Positions 49,901-60,840 of a stretch of 64,000 nt of DNA are shown here, one piece after another. The position numbers and the translations under genes are program-made. The first letter of the stretch is position 1, and every line of letters begins with the position of its first letter. The DNA lies in NCBI GenBank assembly GCA_043228905.1, contig JBHGNT010000011.1, positions 11,036,001-11,100,000 on the forward strand. The letters run 5' to 3'. Below the pieces are notes generated by a model, which worked only from the letters and a program-made list of their open reading frames with translations, did no database searches and was not told the origin of the DNA. Origin of the DNA: Azolla caroliniana (Eukaryota > Plantae > Polypodiophyta).

Positions 49901-49997
49901 GGAGTCTTGAGGTATTGGAGGTGAAGGCAAGTACCACGAAGCGGACTCGTCGAACACGACGTCACGGCTTACACGTACTTCCTTTGTTTGAGGGTTA
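46991..49997 (-). mobile_element. Ty1/copia 3' half: integrase tail, RT (48461-49390), RNase H (47468-48421), PPT and 3' LTR (46991-47423)
   Basis: YKARLVAKGY, QMDVKN.FLQG, LYVDDL, DADWAG..DRRSTSGY, YCDN.S, KHIE.HYHF, ADIFTKPL; PPT CTTGAGGGAGAG. Confidence 0.93.
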
Positions 49998-50480
49998 TGT
50001 TGGGAGACAGGTCCCTCCAGATGGTGCAGACCCGGTGAAGAACCGGATGAGGAGTACCCGGCTACGGAGAGCCGGATGGTGCAGACCCGGTGAGAACCGG
50101 ATGAGGAGTACCCGACTACGGAGAGCCAGATGGTGCAGACCCGGTGAAGAACCGGATGAGGAGTACCCGGCTACGGAGAGCCGGATGGTGCAGGCCCGGT
50201 GAGAACCAGATGAGGAGTACCCAACTACGGAGAGCCGGATGGTGCATACCCGGTGAAGAACCGGATGAGGAGTACTTGGCTACGGAGAGCTGGATGGTGC
50301 AGGCCCGGTGAGAAGTGCTCACTGGATGAAGAGACAAATTCGTAAATATGTTTCTGAGAGTTCATCGTGGCTATATTTGTAAATAGCCGAAAAGTAATAT
50401 TAGTATAAATATGACTTAGGGCAAACTTTTAGTGGTTGTTGTTATTTCTTGTCTGCGCGAGATCAGAGCGCGTAACTGTG

Positions 50481-50534
<54 letters not shown>

Positions 50535-50786
50535 GAGGTCGTTGCCTCTGTTGTAACCGTCGCCTGTGGCGAAGGTCGTGAGCACGAGGTCGTTGCCTCC
50601 GTGAACTCACAGTTGTACATTCTAACATAGTGATAGTTTGCAGCCTGTGGGCTGCCGTGGTTTTTTCCCTTAGTTTGGGTTTTCCATGTAAACATCCTGC
50701 GTACCTTTCTCTTCTTCGTGTCGTGCATTTCTTTCCCGTTTTCTGTGTATGATCCTAAGCTCGGTTGTGGCCGAGCGTTGCGCATA
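49998..50786 (+). mobile_element. Copia LTR (2845 family) with an internal 55/54-bp tandem repeat and (GA)n
   Basis: TGTTGG start; body similar to 2845-3409; repeat copies at 50021, 50076, 50130, 50185, 50239 and 50294. Confidence 0.75.
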
Positions 50787-50789
50787 AGT

Positions 50790-51532
50790 TAGAGCAAAAG
50801 ATATTATCTTTGTGTGGAGCATAGAGAGTTCAAGGTAACTTGAACTAAGAGTGGAGGTGGGCTAGCTACTTGTAAAGGGTTTTGGCCAACCAAAACCGGA
50901 CCGACGATGGAGACGACGGTAACCGGCGAGGCACCGGTAACCGGCATCCGGTGACTAGATAAATAAATATATAAATATATATACATATATACATATACAA
51001 GGAGGGCAAGTAAGGATTCGAACCTTGCACCTCCGAGTTAAGAGTCAATTGGCTTACCATTAAGCCATGCCATTTAGTTGAATTTATATTTCTATCATTG
51101 TACTTTTATGTGTAAATTCTCATACATGAGAGCTAAAATGAGTGACATGGTTATCATGCACCACATGTAATACATAAGCACCAAATGGCAAGCATGCATT
51201 TTATGCATGTCTTGTACCCTCACATGCATCATATGCATGAGAGCATCTATAAAAGAAGGAAGGGGGAGGAGAAAAAACGCATTTTTTTTATGAAATTAAG
51301 AAGAAGAAATTCGTTATCAAATTGATCGTGTAACTTGTTTCTTAAATCTAAAGTTAAAAGTTCAATCAATCTCTCTCAATCGTGTAATCTCAACTTCTCT
51401 CTTTCCCAATCTATCTTAAGTACTTTCTTGCTAAAGCTTGCGCCAAAGCTTGTACCGACTTTGAATCCTTCCGGTCCAGAACCCCGGCGGTTCCGCCTCA
51501 CGATCCGCGTGTAGTGACGGATCTTCACGACA
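50790..51532. mobile_element. Partial LTR-like segment ending ...CACGACA, containing a tRNA-Lys-like sequence
   Basis: Ends in CA exactly where copia RT (YAQTHGVDY) resumes; left boundary not resolved. Confidence 0.5.
51001..51072 (-). pseudogene. tRNA-derived (Lys-CUU-like) sequence with A and B boxes
   Basis: GGCATGGCTTAATGGTAAGCCAATTGACTCTTAACTCGGAGGTGCAAGGTTCGAATCCTTACTTGCC: A box TGGCTTAATGG, CT-CTT-AA loop, B box GGTTCGAATCC; stems imperfect. Confidence 0.6.
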
Positions 51533-53518
51533 ACGCTCAGACACATGGTGTCGACTACGAAGAGACCTTTGCCCCGGTAGCAAAGATGACGACGGTGCGG
51601 ACTGTAATTGCAATTTCCGCGGCGAAAGGGTGGCACCTCCATCAAATGGACGTCAAGAACGCCTTTCTACAAGGCGAATTAGAAGAGGTGTACATGATCC
51701 AACCACCCGGCTTCAACTCGAGCACTCATCCAAAAGCCGTATGCCGACTCAAGAAGCCACTCTACGGCCTCAAGCAAGCACCGCGTGCTTGGCATTCGAA
51801 GATAACACAATATCTTCATCAAATCGGCTTCTGTATGTCTAAATCGGACAACTCCCTCTACATACGAAGCGATTCCGCAAGTCTGATCGTCCTCATCTTA
51901 TATGTGGATGACCTAGTCATTGGAGGTGAGCATCTCGTTGAAATCACTAAGGTCAAATCCCTCCTTTCCGACAAGTTCGAGATGACATACATGAAGGAGC
52001 TCCACTACTTCCTCGGCATCGAGGTAATTCGGACTCCGGTCGGAATCATGATCTCTCAATGGCACTACATCCTCAACTTGTTATACAAGTTCGGGATGGC
52101 TTAGTGCAAATCCGTGGCAACCCCACTCGATCGTAATCTCAAACTAGATGCGAACTCCGGTACCAAAGCGTGTGAGCCGACTCAGTATCAGCAACTCATC
52201 GGGATTCTCATCTACCTCACGATCACACGACCCGATCTCAATTATCCGGTCGGTCTCCTTAGCCAATTCATGCAAACACCACGTGATACTCACTTGGATT
52301 GTGCCAAGCGAGTTCTACGCTATGTGAGCGGCACAATGGATTGCGGCATCCTCTACATGACCGTGATGCCAATACGACTCGAGGGGTACACAGACGCCAA
52401 TTGGGCCGGCCATAAAGCTGATAGAAGATCAACCTCCGGATTTGTTTTCTCCCTCGGCAGTGGAGCAATATCCTGGAGTAGCAAGAAGCATCCTACCGTC
52501 GCTCTTTCGAGTACGAAGGCGGAATACAAGGGTGCAACCATAGCTGCATGTGAAGTTGTATGGCTCAAGAGGATTTTGAAGGATTTGGGCGTACCCATCA
52601 AGGATCCGACTTCCCTTTACTGCGACAACATGAGCAGTATCTATCTAGCTCGGAACCCAGTGTTCCACGTGCAGACAAAGCACATCCGAGAGCGCATTCT
52701 GGCTGGCGATGTCGACCTACAACACATTAGCACCAATCTTCAAACGACCAACATCTTCACTAAAGCTTTAAGAGCCGACAAGCTATGGCAATTCATGACC
52801 GATCTCGGATTGACGATCCCTGACCTGCCAAGCTTGAGGGGGAGTACTGAAGACACTACGCAATAACGTGTGGATTCCGCAACCACGCAACAAAGCAACG
52901 AAGAGCCGATCTACCGCGCAAAGCTGCGAAGAAAGACGCAAGCCGAAGCACAGACTTCACAACTACACACGCAAGCCGAAGCACAGACTTCGTAACTACG
53001 CACAACGCAAGCTGGAGCATGGATTCCACAACTCCGCATAAAGCAAGCCGACGCGAGTCGACACAGACTCCAGAACGCGAGTTGAAGCGGATTTCGGATA
53101 CCGTCTGAAACCGACCCGACTTGAGCTTGAGGGGGCGTGTTGAGAATCAAGCTCAACTTGGTCTAGTGTGCGAACTCACCTTGAGAGTGAAGAGACACTC
53201 CAACGGTCAAGAGTCACCATTATGTCACCACTTTGTATTCTAGCATTTAGTATGAGTCATAGAATCATATTCTATGACACATAACTTATGAGCTTTCACA
53301 TTCCCCATACTCCATGAGGCTTGTAGTTAATGAAGAGAGAGGGTGACTACATAAAGCACCCTCCTCCCACCTTGTATAATGTTGAGTCTTTCTCCTTTGT
53401 CAATATACTTTTACCTTGCATATTCTTTGTGTTTCACTCTCTCTCTCTCTCTCTCTTACACACACACATAACTCATATCTCTTCTGCTTCACAAGAATCC
53501 ATCTCTTGATTCTTTACA
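51533..53518 (+). mobile_element. Ty1/copia 3' portion: RT, RNase H, PPT and 3' LTR (53138-53518)
   Basis: ORFs 51514-52104 and 52114-52866 with ETFAPV, YVDD, GYTDANWAG and YCDN; PPT CTTGAGGGGGCG before TGTTGAG. Confidence 0.93.
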
Positions 53519-53839
53519 ATGTTGATTCGTCAAAGACAACATCCCAACTTACACGAGTCTTCCGAGTAGAGGGGTTGAAGAACTTGTACCCCTTTTGCTC
53601 TAGTGAGTACCCCATGAGGATGCACTTCTCTTATTTTGGATCAAGCTTCTGCCGCTTCTCATCGGGAATGTGTACGCATGCAATGGAGCTGAATATCCTT
53701 ACATGGGATAGATCCGGCTTCTTCCCATAGTATTTCTCGTGCGGGGTGACCTCGTGCACTCCGGATGTTGTCCACCGGTTCATGAGGTAGACGGCGGTAT
53801 TTGTAGCTTCTGCCCAATATGACTTGGGCACATGCTTCT

Positions 53840-54223
53840 TGTAGAAAAAAATAGCATGCGGAAGCAATAGAAAATAGAAAATAGAAAACAGGTTTAATGG
53901 AGAGCTTAACAGTACACGGGAGAGACAGAGAGAGAGCACACAGAAACTCAATTCAAAAAAACTACTCAGTCTGTACATCGTATGTGTTCAGTGAACACTT
54001 TTATACAAGTCCATCCGGACTTACAGAAGTACGGTGTACTTCAATGCTCACACGAGCGCCTGACACTAACTACAAGATATTAACTCCCTAGTAGACTAGC
54101 TGCTACTTGGCTTCCGGTTACTGCTTGATTCAGCTAACCGGCTCCCCAGCTCACTAGCTCACTTGCTCACCGGCTCATCCGTCTAGATGCCGATCTGGAT
54201 CCGGTTGAGCTTGCCGCTCAACA
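53840..54223 (-). mobile_element. Copia solo LTR with 5-bp TSD
   Basis: TG...CA flanked by CTTCT at 53835-53839 and 54224-54228. Confidence 0.88.
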
Positions 54224-55951
54224 CTTCTCATTTAGTATGGCCCTTGCTACTTCGAGGATGTGCCGATTCTTGCGTTCGGCTACACCGTTCTGTTGCGGTG
54301 TGTGTCAGCGAGTGAATTCTCACCGAATTCCTTCTTGTCGAAGGTATGCCGTGAATGCATCGGAGAAGTATTCATTTCCTCCGTCTGACCAAAGACATCG
54401 TTCATGACGCCCAGTTGTCTTTTCGACTTCACTTTTGAATTTTTGGAAGTGTGTAAATACTTCCTCTTCATCCTCGTGGGAAAGATCCATGTGTACCTAG
54501 AGAAGTCATCGATGAAGCTAACATAGTACCGACATCCTCCGAACATAGTTGTTTGTGCCAGTCCCCACACATCCGAGTGGACTGCGTCCAATAGGCCTTT
54601 GCTCACGTTCCTCTCCTTCAGGAACGGGTGCCGATGTTGCTTGCCGAATTGGCATGCTTCACATACTCCTTCAATCTCTTTCTCTTTGAAGGTCAGGAGC
54701 CCGATGACAACTCCTTTCGATTGCATCACCTTGAGTTTGTTGAGATTGATATGGACGATTCTTTTATGCCATAGCTCTATGTCGGTGTTGAATTTGAGGC
54801 CCTTTGCAAGCATGACCGATTTTACCTTGTTCGTTTCGAGGATAAACATTCGGCCTTCCCTTTGACCACGAGCAATTAGTTGGCCTTCCTTCTCGATGAA
54901 GCAACCTCCTTGGTTGAATCGAACTTGCATCCCTTGCTCTACAATTTGGCCAACCGAGACCAAATTCTTCGTTATGGTGGGTACATGTAAGACATTTTTT
55001 ATGCAAGTTTGTTCATCTTCTTTCCCAAATGGGACATTGCCGACATGCCGAATTGGATGAGTGGTGTCGTCTCCAGTCTCGACATAACCGGGTCGATCCG
55101 GCTCTCGAAGGTCTTTGAAACATTCTTGATGGGACGTCATATGGTTCCAAGCACCGGAGTCAACGAACCATACATCTTCCGGATTGGAGGCATTAGTCGA
55201 AGTAGAGACCAACATAGAATTTGCTCTATGTCACATTATAAACATTCCGCCATGATCTTCATAGTAGGAGTTCGTGGCGTAATTGGTGAGTTGTCGGCTT
55301 GTGGAAGCCGACTCGCGCTTCTTCTTTTGGCACTCTTCTTCATGGTGGCCGATTTTTCCGCAATAATCGCATTCGATCGAGGTTTGTTGGCTTGGACCGG
55401 AATGGAAGCTCCCCATTCTTCCGAAGGTTCCTCAATGGCTTCTGTCTTGATGCTGAAATTGCGAGTTGTTTTCGTAAGTCGAGCCTCGTCCGCCTCGTCC
55501 TTGGCCGAATCGGCCTCTTCTTGCACGACCGCGTCCCTTCCTCCGTCTGAATGCGTGTAGAGCATGTGGCCTTCCGAGGCATTGCTCCTTGTTTGAACAT
55601 GATTTTCTTCGACCAACAACATGGATTGAAGATCGAAGAAGGAGGGTGGATTCTCTCGTGCTAGTACGGTGGTCCGCATCGCGCCAAACCGTGGTGCAAG
55701 GCCACCGAGGCATATTTGCACCATTTCTTCATCCTCCACATTGACGCTTATTGAGCCGAGTGCATCACAAAGCTCCTTGATCTTCAAGGTGTACCTTGTG
55801 ATGGACATATCCCGTTGTTGGATGTTGTTCAACTCTTGGCGGAGTTGAAGCTTTCGTGCCGTTGTATTGGCGGCGAATATCTTCCTTAGATTCTCCCATG
55901 CTTCCTTTGGTGTCGTGGTTTCTTGAATGTAGCCGAGCATGTAATCATGAA

Positions 55952-58900
55952 AACACCAGGTCATTTGAAACAGGTAATATGTCGCATTCTCTTTTTCATA
56001 TCTTAGTGAGATGTTAAAAAATGCCTTATTTAAGCAGAATTTCAACAAGGCATGACGCATGTGTATGTGGTTTATGAAAACATAGCGAAAAAAAGAACTA
56101 ACTAATATCACGTCAACAAAATCATCCGACGTATATTCTATCTACCATGTTTTTGTCCAAATCTTAGACAGGGGTGTATTTGTCAACACAAGTATAATAG
56201 TAACACGGGTCCTTGTGCATATTCTAAAAAGCATGCCCCATTGAATAAGTGACTTCTTCTAATTATGTGTGTATATTTAAATATAATACATCTTAAAGCA
56301 AATTGTGAACCTTGCAATTAAGAGATACTACTATGTCAAGAGAGAATTTCCATTGACACGTGATACATGACACTGTCAATGTATAAATAAACTAGTCTAC
56401 AATAACATTCCAATCATACGAGTAAATGATAGAGTATAAACTTATCTCCGATATACCCCAAATGATAAAGGAGAGTTTAGATAACATGTACACATACAAG
56501 TATACTTAATTTCTAAGTTCAATGATTGTTACACGAAAATTATAAGTAAGCTCAACTTATATATTATGTCAAAATTTAACAATTCATATTGTTCAAAATT
56601 TACAATAAGCCATAACCATTCAATCGAATAATAAGTCTGGTAAAGCCGTCTACTCAAGATTAGCTTTTTCATCAGGATTGTCCTCATTGGCTTCGTCAGT
56701 ACAATAAGTTGAATTGTTAGTATGTTCAGACTCTGAAACGTCTTCTAATTCAACAAGTTGCCCTGCGTCTTCATCTATAGTTCCACAAGTTTTCTAAAAG
56801 TCATCTGGAACATCTAAGTTTTATTGATATGATTTGCCCCAACTTCTTGGTCTTGATCAGGACAACCCCAGATACCTTGGATCCTCATTTTGATGACATT
56901 AACTTGCTCAAGGTCCTTCTCTAATGCAACAGAGTTCCTGATAATCTTTAAGGCGTATGTTTTAGTAGTACATGACAGTAGAATGAAATTGCACAGGTAA
57001 CATCAAACTGAAGAATAGAATATAACGTTAATCTAAATTGATGTAAGTTTTATATTATATACCTGTGTCAGAAAACTAATCTAAAACCCATTGAAATTTT
57101 GAAACAATAAAATTTGAAAAAATAAAAAATCTTGGATTTTTAATTGGAATCCAATGCGATGCACTAGATTTCAGTTGAAAATCCAAGTTTTTTTTTTTGT
57201 AATTTTTAAAAAAATTTCCATTAAAAAATAAAAAATGGATTTTCAGCTAAACTACTATGCACTACATTATATTTTAGTATATATAGCTAGAATCTAATGC
57301 AATGCGTTGGATTAGAGTCGAAAATCCATTTTTCTTTTTTCTTTTTCCAATGTTATTTATTTATTTATTTTCCATATAAAATAATAATAAACGGCTTTTC
57401 AACTGAAATCCGATACACTACATCAGATCGTAGTCTATACAGCTAGACATTGATGCATTGCATCACATTTTAGCTGGCAATCCTCTTTCTTTTCAATTGT
57501 TTTTCATTTTCTCAAAAAATAAATAAAACTATATTAAAAAAGTGGATTTCCAACTAAAATCTAATGCACTACATTGAATTTCAATTAAAAATCCAAATTT
57601 CTTTTAGGTTTTTCATAAAACAATGAGATAATAAAAAAATATTACATTTTCAACAAAATCTGAACCATTGAGTCGGATTTCAATTGCAAATTAATGTTTT
57701 ATGAAAAAACATAAGAAAAATATTGGAGTTTCAACGGAAATCCGATGCACTGCATCGGATTTCTGTTGAAACTCAGTGATTTTGAACGGAAATCCGATGC
57801 AGTGCATCGGATTTCCATTGAAAATCCTGTTGAAATGATGTGTTTTCAACGGGAATCCGATGCAGTGCATCGGATTCCCGTTGAAAACACATCATTTTAA
57901 ATGGAGAAAATCACAATTTGTTTATTTTTAACGCTTTTTTAGAGAAAAATATAAACAAATAAGAAAATTTGTAAACAAACAAGAAAAAGTGGACCTTCAA
58001 TGGAAATCCGATGCAGTGCATCGGATTTCCATTGAAAATCCATTTTTTTCAATTCCTATATATTTATTTATGATAAAAACAAAAACAATTCAAAACAAAT
58101 ACAAAAACAAATTCAAAATATCTGAAAAATTGGAAACAAATAAGACAAAATGGATTTTCAATAGAAATCCGATGTAGTGCATCGGATTTCTGTTGAAAAC
58201 CCATTTTTTGCAATTTTTATTTATTTATTTATGGGAAAAAAATACAAAAAATTAAAAAAATACAAAAAATTATTTTAAAATATGAAAATTTGGTAACAAA
58301 TAGCAAAAAGTGAACTTTCAATAGAAATCCGATGCAATGCATCGGATTTCCTTTGAAAATTCATTTTTTCAATTTCTATATAGTTATTTATGAGAAAATA
58401 GACAAACAAAATACCAAAAAAAATCTAAAAACTATAAAAATTTGGAAAAAAATAAGAAAAAGTGGATTTCCATTGAAAATCTAGTTTTTCAGTATTTATT
58501 TATTTTTTATAGAAAAAATTCAAAAAAATTCAAAAAAAAAAGTAAATTTGGAAAAAAAGACGTAAAAGTGGACTTTCAACCAAAATCCGATGCAGTGCAT
58601 CGGATTTCCGTTGAAAATCCATTTTTTCAATTTTTATTTATTTTTTTTTTGGAAAAATAAAAACAAATTCAAAAACAATTCAAAAAATAAGAAAATTTTC
58701 AAAAAAATAAGAGAAATTGGATTTTCAATTGAATCCGATGCACGGAATTGGATTTCCATTGAAATCTAATTTTTCAATTTTTATTTATTTATTTATGAGT
58801 AAAATAAAAAATGTTTATTTATTTATTTATGGGAAAATGTTTTATTTTTTCAATTTGTATTTATTTATGTATTTTCGGGAAATCCATGCAATGTATCATA

Positions 58901-59849
58901 TTTTAGTCTATGTAGCTAGAATTCAATGCAATGCATTAAAATGCAAGAGTATTTTTTTAATGGAAATTTTTAAAAAAATTCCAAGACTTACAGGAATCTG
59001 ATGCATTATATCCGATTCTAGATGTATAGAGTAAAATTCGACATGTTGTGTCAAATCTAGATGGAATGAATCAGATTTTTGTACGACATCAAAGGCTTAC
59101 TATGAGAATCTAAGAAAAATGGAAAACATCTTTAAGACATTTTTTAGATTCTAATGATTTTGGTAGAAAGCTTCTCTCACATAATCTAATCTTGTAAATG
59201 GAAAGTACATAATGAAATATCATAACCAAAAAGTGAGGAGGAAAGATGCATCAAGCACATCTACTCTTACATTGGATAATGTTTATATATTAGTGTATGA
59301 CTTATCTTTGACCAAAACAAGTTATCTGTGACAGACCACAATGAAGATACTAAAAGAGGATCTGGAATGTGGCTTCAGACACAACACAAAGACAAACAAG
59401 AAGCATGACTCATAAAGTCGATGAGGTTGGATTGCAATTGGATCAACACAATGCATTAGTTGCCATTGATGATGAGGATGAGACCTCATAAACTCGTACT
59501 AGTTCATCTAATGGGTATGAAGATGATGACATAAACTTGAAAAATGATTGTCCTGATATGTTAACTATAAATATTGTATTGCACATCAAGATTTGGATTC
59601 AGAATTTCTATAAATATTGGGGTTAGTCATTTTGGACATTCATTTGTAAGTTTGGCATGTCCATTATTTAGGCATTTTTTTGAACACCTAAATTTCCGTA
59701 CATGTTAAAAATCAATATATTTTTGGGTCATTTTTAAAATTCCTTTACGCATGCGGCACCCCTTTTTGTGAATCACCCTAACTTGTGTCATTTTTTGATG
59801 GACAGTTCTCAAAATGCAACATATTACCTGTTTCAAATGTCCCGGTGTT
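55952..59849. mobile_element. Probably non-autonomous TIR DNA transposon (~3.9 kb) inserted in copia gag
   Basis: TIRs AACACC(A/G)GG(T/A)CATTTGAAACAGGTAATATGT(C/T)GCATT at both ends; removal restores gag CVHDYMLGY; TSD TGAA (4 bp), or GA (2 bp) if each TIR is one base longer. Confidence 0.85.
57130..59025. repeat. Array of about 17 palindromic repeats with AT-rich spacers
   Basis: Core GAAATCCGATGCA(G/C)TGCATCGGATTTC; perfect hairpin with 32-bp arms at 57833-57897; ~160-bp period at 57990/58150/58310. Confidence 0.9.
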
Positions 59850-60574
59850 TGAACACATATCGCCAAGCAACACATTACTCGACTTGCCGCTTGCTCCCAT
59901 GTTGAGTAGTCGGCATCTTCCGGGCCGGGTCGGTTTTCTTGTGCTCCCTTGATGTAACCCCAATAGCCTTGACCAACAAGGCATTGGTGCATCTTGTACT
60001 CCCAAGATGCGAAGTTGTTTCGATCCAACTTCTCACTAGGGAGAGAGCTCCCCATTTGAGTATTCATGGTGTTTGATGTAGATTTTCTTCTTCTTCTTCT
60101 CTCTTGAATACGAGCTATGTAGCTGCACTACGATAGCGATGAGCCGGTTCTTCTTGAACGTCGGCGTGGAGCACAACACATGTGGATGGGCTAGATCAAG
60201 CTACCAAACCGCTCTGATACCATGTAAATAATCAATGGTGATTCTTGTGCAACGGAATAGACTAGAGATATGTGTTGTGAGTGTGTGTGTATGAGAGAGA
60301 GAGAGAGAGAGACAAAGAAACACAAGATAGATAGATTTGAACAAGAATAGAATACTCAAGACAATGTATATTACAAAGGAAATTAACCGAACTAATATAG
60401 TCATTCTCTCTCTTCATTAACTATCAAAGCTCACGGATCATGGGGAATGTGAAAACTCATTAGTAATGTGTCATAGAATATGATTCTATGACACATAGTA
60501 AATGTGTGACCTTTGAGTGCACACTCTCAAGGGTGTGTTCACACGCTAGACTAGGTTGAGCTTGATTCTCAACA

Positions 60575-60840
60575 AACCGTTATCTGGAGCAGAACGGAAT
60601 TCGGAGAGAATTCAGTTGCCGATACACACCGGAACAAAACGGTGTGGCCGAGAGAAAGAACCAGTCGATTGTTGACGCGGTAAGGGAAATGCTAGAGGAG
60701 AAGAGCATGCCCAAATTCTACTGGGCTGAGGCGGTCTGGATGGTCGTCTACATCCAAAACCGGATCGGTGACAAGGTGTCAGCACATGAGTTGTATTTCT
60801 GGCGGAAGCCGAATTTGAGACACCTTCGGATATTCGGAAG
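60575..60840 (+). mobile_element. Copia integrase core fragment
   Basis: TPEQNGVAERKNQSIVD..MLEEKSMPKFYWAEAV..VYIQNR. Confidence 0.88.

Larger units (their letters stand above)
53519..60574 (-). mobile_element. Ty1/copia 5' half: 5' LTR (60223-60574), PBS-Met, gag, protease, GAG-pre-integrase and integrase; interrupted twice
   Basis: PBS TGGTATCAGAGC at 60211-60222; gag KLDRNNFASW; CDYCGKIGH zinc knuckle; WFVDSGA..HM; LWHKR..H, C..C..GKQHR, VHSDVWG, YYVSFIDDFSR. Confidence 0.92.

Noticed and set aside
49993-50791. GGTTA/AGTTA as a TSD defining a solo LTR
   Set aside because: One mismatch, an eroded CA terminus, and the interrupted integrase does not clearly resume on the right.
51001-51072. 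Functional tRNA-Lys gene
   Set aside because: Acceptor, D and anticodon stems pair poorly and the sequence is TE-embedded; treated as tRNA-derived.
57130-59025. CRISPR-like array of palindromic repeats with spacers
   Set aside because: Eukaryotic context; spacers are AT-rich, similar to each other and of variable length; repeats are degenerate; no cas genes; the array lies inside a TIR element.
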